A stretch of 64,000 bases of DNA from Gemmataceae bacterium (GCA_036266155.1 DATANR010000134.1:21526-85525), one strand, 5' to 3'. Shown: positions 8,393 through 18,928, counted from the stretch's first letter. Program-made: numbers and translations. Notes: generated from the sequence alone by a model not told the origin.

Positions 8393-9412
8393 TCACTTCC
8401 CCAAAACGATCTTGAGCCGGTCCGCCAGACGCCGGCCGGCCATGATGACGCGCACTTCGGCGGTGGCCTTCGCGAGTGCCGCGTATTTCTCACCGACTTC
8501 GGGCGCAAAGTCCGGCACGGGCTGGTTGAAGCGCACTTCGACGGCTTCCAACAAGCCCGAACCGTCCGCTTTGCGATAGGCGACGCTCTTCGCCAATTCA
8601 AAACTCTCCTCCGACCAGCTTGCAAACGTTTTGTTCTTGGTGAGCTTATCCTTGTCCGCGTCGGTCAATTCGCGGCCGCGCAACCCGGTGGCGACTTCAA
8701 CCGCCATCTTGTGGATGCGCGCCTGCCGATCGCCGGAGTCGTCCGCGTACTTCGGGTCGGAGCCGAGTAGATCGTCCCAGTAGGCGTGGAGCTTAAAGCC
8801 ACGGCCGTCGACTTTGATGGCGAACTTGTTGCCGCCCTGGTCGCCGTCTTTGAAGGCGGGGGCGCTCGAGAAATACGCGACCGCGTGCATCGGCTGATGA
8901 ATGTCGCCGATGAGGTGGAAGATCCAGCAGATCGCGACGGCCTTGTCTTCGATCGCAATGTTTCGGGCATGCAGTTCGTTGCAGCGTTGCTTGAGTGCGG
9001 CCACGATGTTCATGATGTCGGGGTTGACGAGCGTCTTGCCAGCGAGCGCTTCGGCGTCCTTCGGATCGATGAAGGGGATGTTGATGTAATGATCTTCGGC
9101 GCGATGAAACTTGGTGACCGCGGGACCGCGCGGGTCTTTGTCGCGTGGCCGCACCCAGTCCGACCAGATGGCCGAACGCAGGATCACCCACTCGGCCTCC
9201 TCGATGCCATCGGGCCGACCGGCGGCCAGGAACATCTCAAAATGCGGATGGTGCTTGAGGATGTCGTAGATCTTCCGCTTGTCGCCGTCGCTGAGCTGGT
9301 CGTAGGCGAGCTTGGCGACCGCGAGATGCCCGACGCTGTTCCAGGCGGCGGCCCGGCCGGGCGACAGGCCCAACATCAAGCCAGCAACGATGAACATGAT
9401 GACGCGCGACAT
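8393..9412 (-). CDS. S1/P1-family nuclease, secreted
   Basis: 339 aa. Signal peptide ending AAA followed by WNSVGHLAVAKLAY, which matches the mature N-terminal Trp that acts as a zinc ligand in P1 nuclease. HLIGDIHQPMHA motif present. Confidence 0.85.
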   Translation of the reverse strand: MSRVIMFIVAGLMLGLSPGRAAAWNSVGHLAVAKLAYDQLSDGDKRKIYDILKHHPHFEMFLAAGRPDGIEEAEWVILRSAIWSDWVRPRDKDPRGPAVTKFHRAEDHYINIPFIDPKDAEALAGKTLVNPDIMNIVAALKQRCNELHARNIAIEDKAVAICWIFHLIGDIHQPMHAVAYFSSAPAFKDGDQGGNKFAIKVDGRGFKLHAYWDDLLGSDPKYADDSGDRQARIHKMAVEVATGLRGRELTDADKDKLTKNKTFASWSEESFELAKSVAYRKADGSGLLEAVEVRFNQPVPDFAPEVGEKYAALAKATAEVRVIMAGRRLADRLKIVLGK

Positions 9413-9495
9413 GGAAGGCTCCCGTGGATGTTGGTTACGGTATGGGCTCTCCCGGAAACGGATCGTGAATTTCGAGCGAAGACGCGTCCGCTAGA

Positions 9496-12285
9496 ATGGA
9501 CACGGTCAACCTGGGACTCATCGCCGTGCCCGTTCGTGTGCCCTTTCATCTGCGTCGTCGTGCCGAGCCGGCGCCGGCCGTCGCGCTGTTGCTGCTGAGC
9601 GACAATCCGGCGGCGCTGCTCGCGGCCTGCGCGCGTCTCACCGATCCGCTCGTCTGTCCGGTGGCGAACGGTTTCATCCTGGTCGCCGACTCGATTCCCG
9701 AGGTTGTGCCGGCCACGATCCGATTGCGTCGATTGTCGGAGAACTGCCTGTTGCCCACGGACGCGGATTTGGTGCCCGCGTTGCGGCCGGCGGAGGCGGT
9801 TGATCTGACGGCGAAGAACGGCCTCGTGTTTCTGCCAAATCGCGAACCGCTGTTGTTCGACGCGACGAGCCCGCTCAAACCGGCTGCGTTCCTGGCCGTT
9901 CGCAAGCCGCGTCGCGACGACTGGGAGCCATTCCCCGTCGGCAATCCGCCCGCTGATCGACTGACGGCCCTCGTCCGCGAGATCACGATCCCGCCGGACG
10001 AGATGCTCGAAGCCGACGGCCCAGCGATCGGCACCGACGACGCCCGGCCGCCGCAAGTCGGTCCCGGCCGGCGGGTGGCGGGACACGTGTCCGCGGGTCT
10101 CGGCAAGGGGCTCGGCGCTCTCGGCAGAGCGCTCGGCAGTTCGAAGCTCGCGAGGCTCGGCGGCAAACTTGCGGGCCTTGGTGCGGCGCTGGCCCCCCGC
10201 ATTACCGAAGGCCTGCTCGGCAAGCAGGAGGCTGCCCTTCAACAATTGCTCAAGAAGTTCCGCAGCGGCGCGACGGATGATGCTTTGCGAAAGGCAATCC
10301 CCATCGGCGGCGATCCCGGCCGCGGCGGCGGCGTCTACGGCTCGGACCGGCTACCGACGAACAATTGGAAATGGTCCTTTGGCAGCCTCTTTGGCTCCGG
10401 TGGCAGCAGTGGTCGCGGTGCGCCCATCTGGGCCGGTGGCAAGCCGGATACGTGGCGTGACCTCGTCGCCGAATATCGCCGGGCGGCCCAGCAGGCGGCC
10501 GACCGCGGCGACTTCCGCCGTGCCGCGCTGATTTACGCCAAGCTGCTCAACGACTATCGTGCAGCGGGCGAAGTGCTCACACGCGGCGGTTTGCATCGCG
10601 AGGCGGGGATCATATTCCGTGACAAGGTGAAGCAGTTCGATCGTGCCGCCCGCGAATTCGATCTGGCCGGCGAACACGATGAGGCACTGCGGCTCTATCG
10701 CGAGGCGATGCTGTTTATCGATGCCGGCGACCTGCTGCGGCGCCTCGGTGACGATGACGCGGCGTTCGCCGAGTACCACAAGGCCGCCGAGCGGGCGATC
10801 GAACTGCGGAACGATTGGGCCGAAGCCGGCGACTTGATTATGAAGAAGACCGGCCGCGCCGACCTTGCTGTCCCGTATTTCGACCGCGGTTGGGTCGGGC
10901 GAACCGAGTCGACCGCGCTATCGCAAAACTCCGTCGTGTGCGCGACGCGTCTCCTCGAAATCCTCGCCCTCGCCGAGGAGCGCGAACCATTTTGGAAACT
11001 TCTCAGTGAAGCCGAAGAGTGGCTGCAACAGCCGGGCTGGGTTACCGATGCGGGACGTTTCTTCAATGCGGTGTCGGAATGTGCCCGCCTGCCGCACCTG
11101 ACGAACGACCGCGGTGAGCTGCGCGATCGCGCCCGCCTCGGCCTCGCGCTGAAAGTTCGCCAGCACGCTGAAGCGGAATGCACGCTCGGCACCATCGTGT
11201 CAGACCTACTTTCCGCATCCGGCCACTGGTCGCCGAGCGTCGTTTCGGATGCGCACTTCGCGTTACATGCGTCGACGAAGAAGCGGCCAAAAGACAACCG
11301 CCCGATCGATCGGTCGCTGACGGCGACGCGCCTCCACGTGGGCGAAGTGCGGGCAATTGTTCAAGCTTTTGTCAGCGGCGACCTATTTGTCGGCTTCCGT
11401 GACGGGACAACGATCTGGTTGGCGCCGCAAACGAACCAAGTACGCACCATTCGCGGACCGTGCGCGGAACCAGTCTATGCGCTGGCCACGGATTCACACG
11501 GACTGTGGCTCGTGGACTTGCGCTCCACCGCCATGCAGGACAACACGGTATTGGGATTCGTTCTGGAGCAGCGCGTCCGGCGCGACAATGGCTTTCAACT
11601 GCAGGCGCGGGCCGACCTTCCCATCTCCCCCGAGGTCGTGCAAACGCTCTTGCCCGAAATCGACATGAAATCCGCCGGGATGGAACTCGGCGTGAGCACG
11701 GTCAACGGCCTCGTCGAATACAGTGTGCCCGGCTTGATTCCGCATCCGTCATTGGTCGGCGGCACGGTCCACGCCACCATGCATCTGAAATTGCGCATTC
11801 CGTATTACGGCGAATCATTCCTCTTGATCTTCCAAGGCGGCGGCATCTCCTGGGGCGGAGCGAAAGCGTTCATCGGCTGGATGCCCGAGCGCCCGCCGGA
11901 TCACGGCGTGTTCTGTCCACCGATCGCCTGGCTGGTCACGTCGGCTGCCCAAGTCGAACTGGCCGGGTTGTTCGACAAGGCCACACTTTACTGGACCGAA
12001 GTGGGGCGGTATCCGGACCAACTCATGACGCGGACGATCCCCTTCATCGCGCCTGGAGGCTTCCGGGCCGTGGCGATCTGGCGGCCGGGCCAGGTGGTCG
12101 GCGTGACCGCCGCGAACCGCGTCCTCTGGCTACGTGCCCGCGGCAACCGTTTCGAGGAATGGGCACCGTCCACCGATTTGAACGTGCCCGTCCACGCCGC
12201 CGGCATCTTTCCGAGCCGCAAGACGAACGAAATGCTCGTCGTCATGGAAGACGGGAGCTTGGTGCGGGTCGCTGTGCCGGGGTGA
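9496..12285 (+). CDS. large hypothetical protein: unknown N-domain, G/A/L-rich linker, TPR-like helical repeats, beta-propeller-like C-terminal half
   Basis: 929 aa. ATG at 9496. Linker GLGKGLGALGRALGSSKLARLGGKLAGLGAALAP. Helical repeats YRRAAQQAADRGDFRRAALIYAKLL..GLHREAGIIF..AGEHDEALRLYREA..LGDDDAAFAEYHKAAERA. The C-terminal ~400 aa are beta-rich. No signal peptide. Confidence 0.75.
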   Translation: MDTVNLGLIAVPVRVPFHLRRRAEPAPAVALLLLSDNPAALLAACARLTDPLVCPVANGFILVADSIPEVVPATIRLRRLSENCLLPTDADLVPALRPAEAVDLTAKNGLVFLPNREPLLFDATSPLKPAAFLAVRKPRRDDWEPFPVGNPPADRLTALVREITIPPDEMLEADGPAIGTDDARPPQVGPGRRVAGHVSAGLGKGLGALGRALGSSKLARLGGKLAGLGAALAPRITEGLLGKQEAALQQLLKKFRSGATDDALRKAIPIGGDPGRGGGVYGSDRLPTNNWKWSFGSLFGSGGSSGRGAPIWAGGKPDTWRDLVAEYRRAAQQAADRGDFRRAALIYAKLLNDYRAAGEVLTRGGLHREAGIIFRDKVKQFDRAAREFDLAGEHDEALRLYREAMLFIDAGDLLRRLGDDDAAFAEYHKAAERAIELRNDWAEAGDLIMKKTGRADLAVPYFDRGWVGRTESTALSQNSVVCATRLLEILALAEEREPFWKLLSEAEEWLQQPGWVTDAGRFFNAVSECARLPHLTNDRGELRDRARLGLALKVRQHAEAECTLGTIVSDLLSASGHWSPSVVSDAHFALHASTKKRPKDNRPIDRSLTATRLHVGEVRAIVQAFVSGDLFVGFRDGTTIWLAPQTNQVRTIRGPCAEPVYALATDSHGLWLVDLRSTAMQDNTVLGFVLEQRVRRDNGFQLQARADLPISPEVVQTLLPEIDMKSAGMELGVSTVNGLVEYSVPGLIPHPSLVGGTVHATMHLKLRIPYYGESFLLIFQGGGISWGGAKAFIGWMPERPPDHGVFCPPIAWLVTSAAQVELAGLFDKATLYWTEVGRYPDQLMTRTIPFIAPGGFRAVAIWRPGQVVGVTAANRVLWLRARGNRFEEWAPSTDLNVPVHAAGIFPSRKTNEMLVVMEDGSLVRVAVPG

Positions 12286-12594
12286 CTTGGTATTCGACCT
12301 TTTAGAAAAACAACGCGCCAAGGCGGCCTCAGATGGCGACGGTTCAGCTTAACCAGCGGTTGTACGCCTGAAGAAACCAATTGGCTCCGATAGGGACATG
12401 TCGCTTCTAAGCCAGTCGATGGACCAGATTTCAGAAGTCAAATCGCCGCAATCCCGATCGTTTGTCCAAGGCGGTGTCGCGATTGATGAACACTTCTTGG
12501 ACTTGCGGCGATTGTCGCGACCTGCTACCCGCCATGTCAAGGGGTAGCTTCAGGTATCTTGCATTCTCCGTTTGACAGTTACAAAACCGATCGC

Positions 12595-15500
12595 TTACGC
12601 TCCGCTCCCCGCCACGTACATCCCCTTGTCGAATAGCTCGCCGAAAGGCCACAGCGGGTCCGTGCCGACTGTCAGGTCGATTTCCTGGTAAGTCACGCCG
12701 TCGTAGGCACGGATCGCACCGGTGCCGCCCGTGATGCCGCCGGGGGCCACGATGATGTCGGCCTGGCCGTCGCCGTTCACGTCGCCGGTCGCAACGCGGA
12801 CGCCGCCCGTCAGCGCCGCGTCCAGCGCCGTGAATGACTTCAGCACGGAGCCGTCGAGGCCATTGATCACTGTCACCGTCGAAGCACCCTTGCCGGCGCC
12901 GACGATGAGGTCTGCCTTGCCATCGCCATTCAGATCGGCGGCCGTGATGTAGGCCCCGCTGGTCAACGTGCCGAGCGGCGCCAACTTGCCGTTGCCCAGG
13001 ATGCCCGGCAGGCCGAGCACTTTCTTGTTGACCGCGAGTTCCTTGCCACTGAAGACGCGAGCGCGAACGGCGGTGCCGGCGCCGGTCGTGGCGATGATGT
13101 CCGAATAGCCGTCACCATCGACGTCGCCGGCCGCGACGCGGACGCCGCCCTTGAACGTCGCCGCGAAGGGCGTCATCGTCCCGAGCAGATGGCCGTCGAC
13201 GCCGCTGAATACGTTCACGGTTGGCGCCAGCTTGCTGTTCGGACCGGTGATGATGTCGGCATGGCCATCCTTGTCGACGTCGCCGACGGCCACGAAGACT
13301 CCGCCCAAGAAATTGCTGGCATAAGCAAGAATGCTGCCGGCCGTGCCGCCGACCGGAAGGCCGGTCTTGCCGTCGAAGACCTTGACCTCGGGGCTAAAGC
13401 CGGCGCCGGGAGCGGTCACGATGTCCGGCGTGCCGTCGCCGGTCACGTCGCCGGTCGAGACGCGCACGCCGCCGAGGAAGCCCGCCGGATACGCGAGGAA
13501 ATCGTTGATGAGCGTCTCGCCCTGGTACACCTTGACGCGCGGCTGCGTGCCGGCATCGGCACCGACGATCAGGGTCGCGCTGCCCGGCGCCGAGGCCGGC
13601 GCGTTCTGAATGAACAGCGTTGCCGTCGCCGGGTTGCCTAAGACGGCACCGCCCGTCGGGCCGGAGAGCGTGAGGATCACGGTCTCCGTCGATTCGGGAT
13701 CAATCGTATCGGCGAGGATCGGGACATCGAACGACTTCACTGTCTCGCCAACGCCGAAATGTAAGACACCCGCGGTGAAGGTGTAATCCGCCCCGGCCGC
13801 CGCGGTGCCGTTGCTGGTCGTGTACGCCACGTCCGCCGCCCCGCTGGCGCCGCCAACACGGGTCACGTAGATAGTCGCTGTGCCGGCATTCTCAAACGTG
13901 CTGTACGACCCCGCGCTGAACTGAAGCTTGCCGGCCGTGTCGTCGTCGAGAATCGTGCCGACGCCGGTGCCGCGATTGATGACACCGGTGCTCGCGCCGG
14001 AGAGATTCAAATAGAACTGCTCGTCGGCCTCCGGCGTGCTATCCGTCGTGATCGGCACGCTGACCGGCTTGCTCGTCTCGCCTGGATTGAAGGTCACCAC
14101 GCCGGCGGTGGACGTGAAGTCCGTGCCGTCGGCCGTCGCAACCTGTGTCGAATAGTTTACGGTGACCGTGCTGCCCGACGTTTGCGACATCGACACGTTG
14201 AAGACGGCATTGTTCGTGCCGCCGGTGCCCTCGACGACGGTTACATCGCTCACTGACAAACCAGTGCCTGGGGCCTTGATCTGCAGATCGTATGAGGCCA
14301 TCGCGGGCCGATTCCAGACCTGGTTGAACACTTGCACGTAGTAGGTGCCAGCCGCTCGGCCGGTCAATTGAATTTGATCGCCGCCGCCGTTTGCTGATCC
14401 CGTGAGGTACGTTCCCGCGGAGTCGTACAAATAGATGCCGAGGTCGGCGTAGCTGGGCGGAAAGTCAACGCTCACGAAATCCTGAGCGGTGCCGGTCGCA
14501 GTCGTCGTGAACTTGAACCAATCGTTATTTGTCGGGTCGTCGAGAACCAGGCCAATCAACGAACGCGAGCCGGCCACGGTACCTAGATCGGCAGGACTCC
14601 CGCCGTCGACTTGAGCGCGCGTGTCGTTCGGCTCATAGGCATCGTCGCCGGTGTCGTTCGGCGCGAAGATTTGGAGGTCGTAGGAGTGCATCCCCGGTCG
14701 CGCCGTAACTTGGTTGAACACCTGCACGTAGTAGGTCCCCGCCTTGAGGCCATCGAGACCGAGTGAATCGCCACCGCCGTTGGCCGACCCGAACAGATAG
14801 GTGCCGCTCGAATCATATAAGTAGATGCCGATGTCCGCATAACTCGGCGGGAAGTCGACACTGACGAAATTGTTGAGCCGGCCTGTCCCGGCGATGGTGA
14901 ACTTGAACCAGTCGTTATTGGCGGCATCGTCCAAAACCAAACCAGTCAGAGTGCGCGAGCCCGTCACCACGCCCAGGTCGGACGGATTGCCGGGAATGTC
15001 CACCTGGGCGCGCGTGTTGTTGGGCTCGTAAGCGTCGTCCCCGGTGTCCGGCGGAGCGGCAATGAGCAGATCGTAGAGCGTGCCGAGACTGGCGGCGTTC
15101 TGCGGGAAGACTTCAACGTAATAGCTGCCCGCCTTGAGTCCATCAAGGCTCAACCCGTCGCCCCCGCCGTTGGCCGACCCGAACAGATAGTTGCTGCCTG
15201 AGTCGTAGAGGTACAAGCCGACATCCGGATCGACGTCCGGGAACTCCACACTGACATAGTCCCCGAGCCGACCCGTTCCCAACAGGGTGAATCGATAGAA
15301 ATCCGCCTGGTCTTCCATCGCCGCCTGGACCAGTTTGTTCCCGGTCACCGGGCCGAGATTGGGCGACAGGGCCACGCCCTCGGGCCGGCTAGCGGTCACC
15401 GCGATCGTGTCGTTCTCTTCGTAGCCGTCTTCGCCCAGGTTCAGCGTCTTGATCTTCTTGAGCAGGTCGGTGCGGAACACCGCCGGCCGCGGCCGACGGA

Positions 15501-16026
15501 ACGTGTAATACTCCCACACAAAGTCGCCACCGCGGCCGACGGGGTCGTCGCTGGCATAGACGGCGGCGCCGGTGCGATCGGCGAGTGCATTAACGAACGC
15601 CTTGCCATCGGCGCCGGACGCGACGTTGCACGCGTACAAATCAATCCGCGACTTCGGATCGAGCAGGCCCTTGAGCTTCGTCCACGTCGCGGAGTCGCTC
15701 GCGACGTCGAGGGTATTAATCGTGTCGGCCCCACCGAGGATGATGCTGCCCTCTTGGCCGTGGGCCATCAACGCAAGCTGGCCGATCGGCGCTCCTTGAT
15801 GTGTCGCCGATACTCCGGCCAGCGTGTTGACGAGGCCGTCGAGCGTGCTCGTCCCCGCATTGAACGTCACGGGAATGACATTCTTGGGGACGGCCGCCAG
15901 CACCTGATCGATCGGGCCGACGGCATCGCTAATCAAAGCGACACGCAATGGGTGAACGACCGCGGGTTGGACGCGGTCTTCGAGCGATTGCACTTTCAGG
16001 CGCAAGCACGGAGTCTTACGAGCCAT
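12595..16026 (-). CDS. giant secreted adhesin-like protein: DUF4347 + 3 PPC-like modules + 2 Calx-beta + FG-GAP/VCBS propeller
   Basis: 1143 aa from MARKTPCLRLKVQSLEDRVQPAV (cat 16024-16026). DUF4347-like ALMAHGQEGSIILGG. Three DDAYE(P/E)N..NDWFKF modules. Two Calx-beta-like segments (VVEGTGGTNNAVFNVSMS.., YVTRVGGASGAADVAYTT..). Five GDV(T/D/N)GDG..DI(V/I) FG-GAP repeats. Confidence 0.85.
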   Translation of the reverse strand: MARKTPCLRLKVQSLEDRVQPAVVHPLRVALISDAVGPIDQVLAAVPKNVIPVTFNAGTSTLDGLVNTLAGVSATHQGAPIGQLALMAHGQEGSIILGGADTINTLDVASDSATWTKLKGLLDPKSRIDLYACNVASGADGKAFVNALADRTGAAVYASDDPVGRGGDFVWEYYTFRRPRPAVFRTDLLKKIKTLNLGEDGYEENDTIAVTASRPEGVALSPNLGPVTGNKLVQAAMEDQADFYRFTLLGTGRLGDYVSVEFPDVDPDVGLYLYDSGSNYLFGSANGGGDGLSLDGLKAGSYYVEVFPQNAASLGTLYDLLIAAPPDTGDDAYEPNNTRAQVDIPGNPSDLGVVTGSRTLTGLVLDDAANNDWFKFTIAGTGRLNNFVSVDFPPSYADIGIYLYDSSGTYLFGSANGGGDSLGLDGLKAGTYYVQVFNQVTARPGMHSYDLQIFAPNDTGDDAYEPNDTRAQVDGGSPADLGTVAGSRSLIGLVLDDPTNNDWFKFTTTATGTAQDFVSVDFPPSYADLGIYLYDSAGTYLTGSANGGGDQIQLTGRAAGTYYVQVFNQVWNRPAMASYDLQIKAPGTGLSVSDVTVVEGTGGTNNAVFNVSMSQTSGSTVTVNYSTQVATADGTDFTSTAGVVTFNPGETSKPVSVPITTDSTPEADEQFYLNLSGASTGVINRGTGVGTILDDDTAGKLQFSAGSYSTFENAGTATIYVTRVGGASGAADVAYTTSNGTAAAGADYTFTAGVLHFGVGETVKSFDVPILADTIDPESTETVILTLSGPTGGAVLGNPATATLFIQNAPASAPGSATLIVGADAGTQPRVKVYQGETLINDFLAYPAGFLGGVRVSTGDVTGDGTPDIVTAPGAGFSPEVKVFDGKTGLPVGGTAGSILAYASNFLGGVFVAVGDVDKDGHADIITGPNSKLAPTVNVFSGVDGHLLGTMTPFAATFKGGVRVAAGDVDGDGYSDIIATTGAGTAVRARVFSGKELAVNKKVLGLPGILGNGKLAPLGTLTSGAYITAADLNGDGKADLIVGAGKGASTVTVINGLDGSVLKSFTALDAALTGGVRVATGDVNGDGQADIIVAPGGITGGTGAIRAYDGVTYQEIDLTVGTDPLWPFGELFDKGMYVAGSGA
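14270..15445 (-). repeat. three tandem ~385-bp coding repeats (PPC-like modules) inside the adhesin gene
   Basis: Modules 2 and 3 are near-identical at protein level: DTGDDAYEPNNTRAQVD..YYVQVFNQV..YDLQIFAP versus DTGDDAYEPNDTRAQVD..YYVQVFNQV..YDLQIKAP. Confidence 0.7.
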
Positions 16027-16333
16027 GGGAAGGTCCTTACGAGGGGAGTAAGGGCGGGTTGGGATTGTCAGCGAGTTCGACCAATATACGCGAAGGGGGC
16101 AGCAAGTGAAAGAGACTGTTCCACCTGATCCAGCGATCGTCAATCATTGGTCAACGGCGCGCTCGCCGCCGGCGTTGTCGATTCGGCGAACTATATACTT
16201 CAATCTTGCCTGTCGGTCCGCTCAATGTTCCGGGTCTTGTTTGACCGGCGGAAGGACAGCTTGAGGGTTCTCGTCTAGCAAGAAGCAAGGCGCTTCCGTT
16301 GCCCGTCCACTCCGGTTATGATTCACCCGCCCC

Positions 16334-18766
16334 ATGTCGCGCCTCACCCTGATTCCGTTGCTCGTCCTCGCCAGCCCGCTCGCCGCGGAGCCGCCGACCG
16401 ACCAGCATGGCGACCCGCTGCCCAAGGGGGCCGTCGCCCGCCTCGGCACAGTGCGCTATCGCGTCGGAACGGTCGGGCCCGTCGCCTTGTCACCGGACGG
16501 CAAGACGCTCGCGGTTGAGGGGTCGCACGGAATCACATTTTGGGACGTCGACACCGGCCGGCCCGGATTGCGAATAGGGATTACGGGACACGACATCAAT
16601 TATCCCAATTGCGGTCCACTCGCGTTCACTGCCGACGGGCAGATCTTCGTCAGCGTCTACCGACAAGAACTCAAGGCCTACGACGCCAAGACCTGCAGGC
16701 TTCGCTTTTCCGTTGGACTGGTAAGGGGCGGACAGCGAGTCTCTCCGATCCCCGGCACGACTCGATTCGCCGTGGTCGACAACGAAAAAACGGGTCTCAT
16801 CATTGATGCCAAAGATGGTCGCATCATCTCGAAGATCACGTCAGAAGTGCCGCTGCTTGGATTGTCTCCGAGCGGACGGTGGTTTCTCGGTTCCGACGAC
16901 GGAGTTCTCGTCCTGGTCGACCTGGCTGACGGCAAGATCCGTTCGAGCTATCCAAACATCTCGGGACAGCCACAACTGGCATTTGAACGGAAGATGGTGA
17001 TAATGGCGGACGACCGCCGACTTTACGCGATTGATCGCAAATACCAATTGCAGACTTTCGACGCCCATTCAGGTGCGTCGCTCGCTGTCCTCAATTTACC
17101 TGATGTCATTACAGCGAAGGGTGTATCTCCCGACGGACTGGCTATTTCTCCCGACGACACGGTCATTTATTTGTGGAGATACAACTTGGCGACGAGTCGC
17201 CTCGACGTGAAGACGGGCCGCTGGCTCGAGCCGCTTCCAAGTATGCCTTTCGGCCGCCTGGTTCCGCACCCGGATGGCAAACGCGTCCTGTTCGTCGGCA
17301 TTGACGGACTACTGCGGCGCTATGACTTGGCGACGCGACGAGAGATCGCGCCGCCGGACGGATTTGTCAACGACGTGACGACCGCTCCAAGTCCCGATGG
17401 CAAATACGTGGCGACGGCCTCGAATGAAGGTCGCATCGATCTGTTCGATTCAACCGGCCGATTGCTCTGGTCCGTTGTCCCCGAACACGCGCAAAAGGGT
17501 CTCTCCTGGACCCCCGAGTCCCGGAGCGTGGTCTGCGTCGGCAGTTGGGAGATTGATTTTCGCGACGCCACCACCGGTAAAGTGCAGCGACGCCTGAAGC
17601 TGGCTGACGTCACTCGGGGGTACGAGAAACACGCACTCATCACCGCGTTCGGCGGACCCGTCCAATTTACGCCCGCCAGCGATTTGATGGTCGTGCCCTT
17701 TGGCCACTGCTACGACCTTCGGACCCGCATTGCCGTGATCGACAACAAGACTGGTCAGCGAACGCGCATGATTCAGCTCGGTGAAGAGGAACGAATGACG
17801 CTCGCGTCGGATGGCCGAACGCTGGTGGCGAGGCGATCAGGAAAGGACACAACGTTTATCGATCTCGTCACAGGCACTTCCCGCGGGCCATTCCAAGACG
17901 AGAAGCTCATTGACGACGGTTGGGCGGCAGGCCTCGCGAGCGCCGAGATTGCGTGCAGTCCCGATGGCGCCTGGCTTCTAACCTGGGACGGACCTGGCAA
18001 GGCAGTTCTGCGCGACCCAGACACGGGCCGACAGGGGCGCACAATCGATGTGCACCAGAAAATGGTGCAGGCGTTCTCATTCAGCCCCGATGGCCTCTAT
18101 CTCGCGACCGGCGGCGACAACGGCCTGGTCGCCCTTTGGGACGTGGCCACGGGCGATCAGGTCTGGGCAGAGGATGGACATTCGGACCGCGTGACCAGCC
18201 TCGGCTTCGCCGGTCCGCGGCGACTCGTGACCGGATCGCGTGACTTGACCGCCCTCGTGTGGGATCTGCGGCCCGATCGGAAGCTACCGCAGACGGCGTG
18301 GCAAGCATTGGCCGGCGAACAATCGCGGGCGGCGTATCAGGCCATCTGGGCCATCGCCGACGATCCGGACGGCCCGGCGCTCTTGCGCTCGAAGATCGCT
18401 CCGGTCAAGCACGCGTCGGCCGCGCAGATGCAGAAGTGGATCGCCGACCTCGGCGCGCCGCGTTACGCCACGCGCGAGTCGGCCACGACCGCCCTTCGCG
18501 ATCTGGGCCGTCGCGTCGAGCCTGAACTCCGAACGCTGCGTGCCAAGACGACGGATGACGAGGTCCGCAACCGACTCGATTCTTTGCTCGTCAACCTGCC
18601 CCGCGAACGCACCGCCGCCGAGCGCGTCAACGCCCGAGCCGTCGCCGCGATGGAGTTGGCGGGAACCGCGGAGGCGAAGAAGCTGCTTGCCGAATGGGCG
18701 AGCGGCGCTGCAGGTGCACGGCTCACGATCGACGCCAAGGCGGCGCTTAAGCGAATGGGACGATAG
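16334..18766 (+). CDS. secreted WD40/beta-propeller repeat protein
   Basis: 810 aa. Signal peptide [18 protein letters not shown]. Repeated blades [41 protein letters not shown] and [13 protein letters not shown]. Helical C-terminal domain. Confidence 0.8.
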   Translation: MSRLTLIPLLVLASPLAAEPPTDQHGDPLPKGAVARLGTVRYRVGTVGPVALSPDGKTLAVEGSHGITFWDVDTGRPGLRIGITGHDINYPNCGPLAFTADGQIFVSVYRQELKAYDAKTCRLRFSVGLVRGGQRVSPIPGTTRFAVVDNEKTGLIIDAKDGRIISKITSEVPLLGLSPSGRWFLGSDDGVLVLVDLADGKIRSSYPNISGQPQLAFERKMVIMADDRRLYAIDRKYQLQTFDAHSGASLAVLNLPDVITAKGVSPDGLAISPDDTVIYLWRYNLATSRLDVKTGRWLEPLPSMPFGRLVPHPDGKRVLFVGIDGLLRRYDLATRREIAPPDGFVNDVTTAPSPDGKYVATASNEGRIDLFDSTGRLLWSVVPEHAQKGLSWTPESRSVVCVGSWEIDFRDATTGKVQRRLKLADVTRGYEKHALITAFGGPVQFTPASDLMVVPFGHCYDLRTRIAVIDNKTGQRTRMIQLGEEERMTLASDGRTLVARRSGKDTTFIDLVTGTSRGPFQDEKLIDDGWAAGLASAEIACSPDGAWLLTWDGPGKAVLRDPDTGRQGRTIDVHQKMVQAFSFSPDGLYLATGGDNGLVALWDVATGDQVWAEDGHSDRVTSLGFAGPRRLVTGSRDLTALVWDLRPDRKLPQTAWQALAGEQSRAAYQAIWAIADDPDGPALLRSKIAPVKHASAAQMQKWIADLGAPRYATRESATTALRDLGRRVEPELRTLRAKTTDDEVRNRLDSLLVNLPRERTAAERVNARAVAAMELAGTAEAKKLLAEWASGAAGARLTIDAKAALKRMGR

Positions 18767-18928
18767 GGACGTTTTGCCACATTCATTTCATTGCGTTGCT
18801 TCGTTTTCATCGGCAACGAACTACGAACCAGTGGTGGCGCATGCAGGCCGTGAATTCGGGGCTTTATTGCGCTAGAATTTCGGGCTTCGCGTTTCCAACC
18901 CATCTGCTTTGTTGGTATCGGTTTGTGT

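Noticed and set aside
9496-12285. Calling the 929-aa protein a component of a MoxR-vWA-beta-propeller conflict system.
   Set aside because: There is only an architectural resemblance, recalled from memory. No MoxR AAA+ or vWA gene is present within the surrounding genes, so it is kept as a hypothesis in the findings and not as an annotation.
14270-15445. Regularly spaced DNA repeats checked as a possible CRISPR array.
   Set aside because: The units are ~385 bp, in frame and coding (PPC modules). There are no short repeat-spacer periodicity and no cas genes anywhere in the window.
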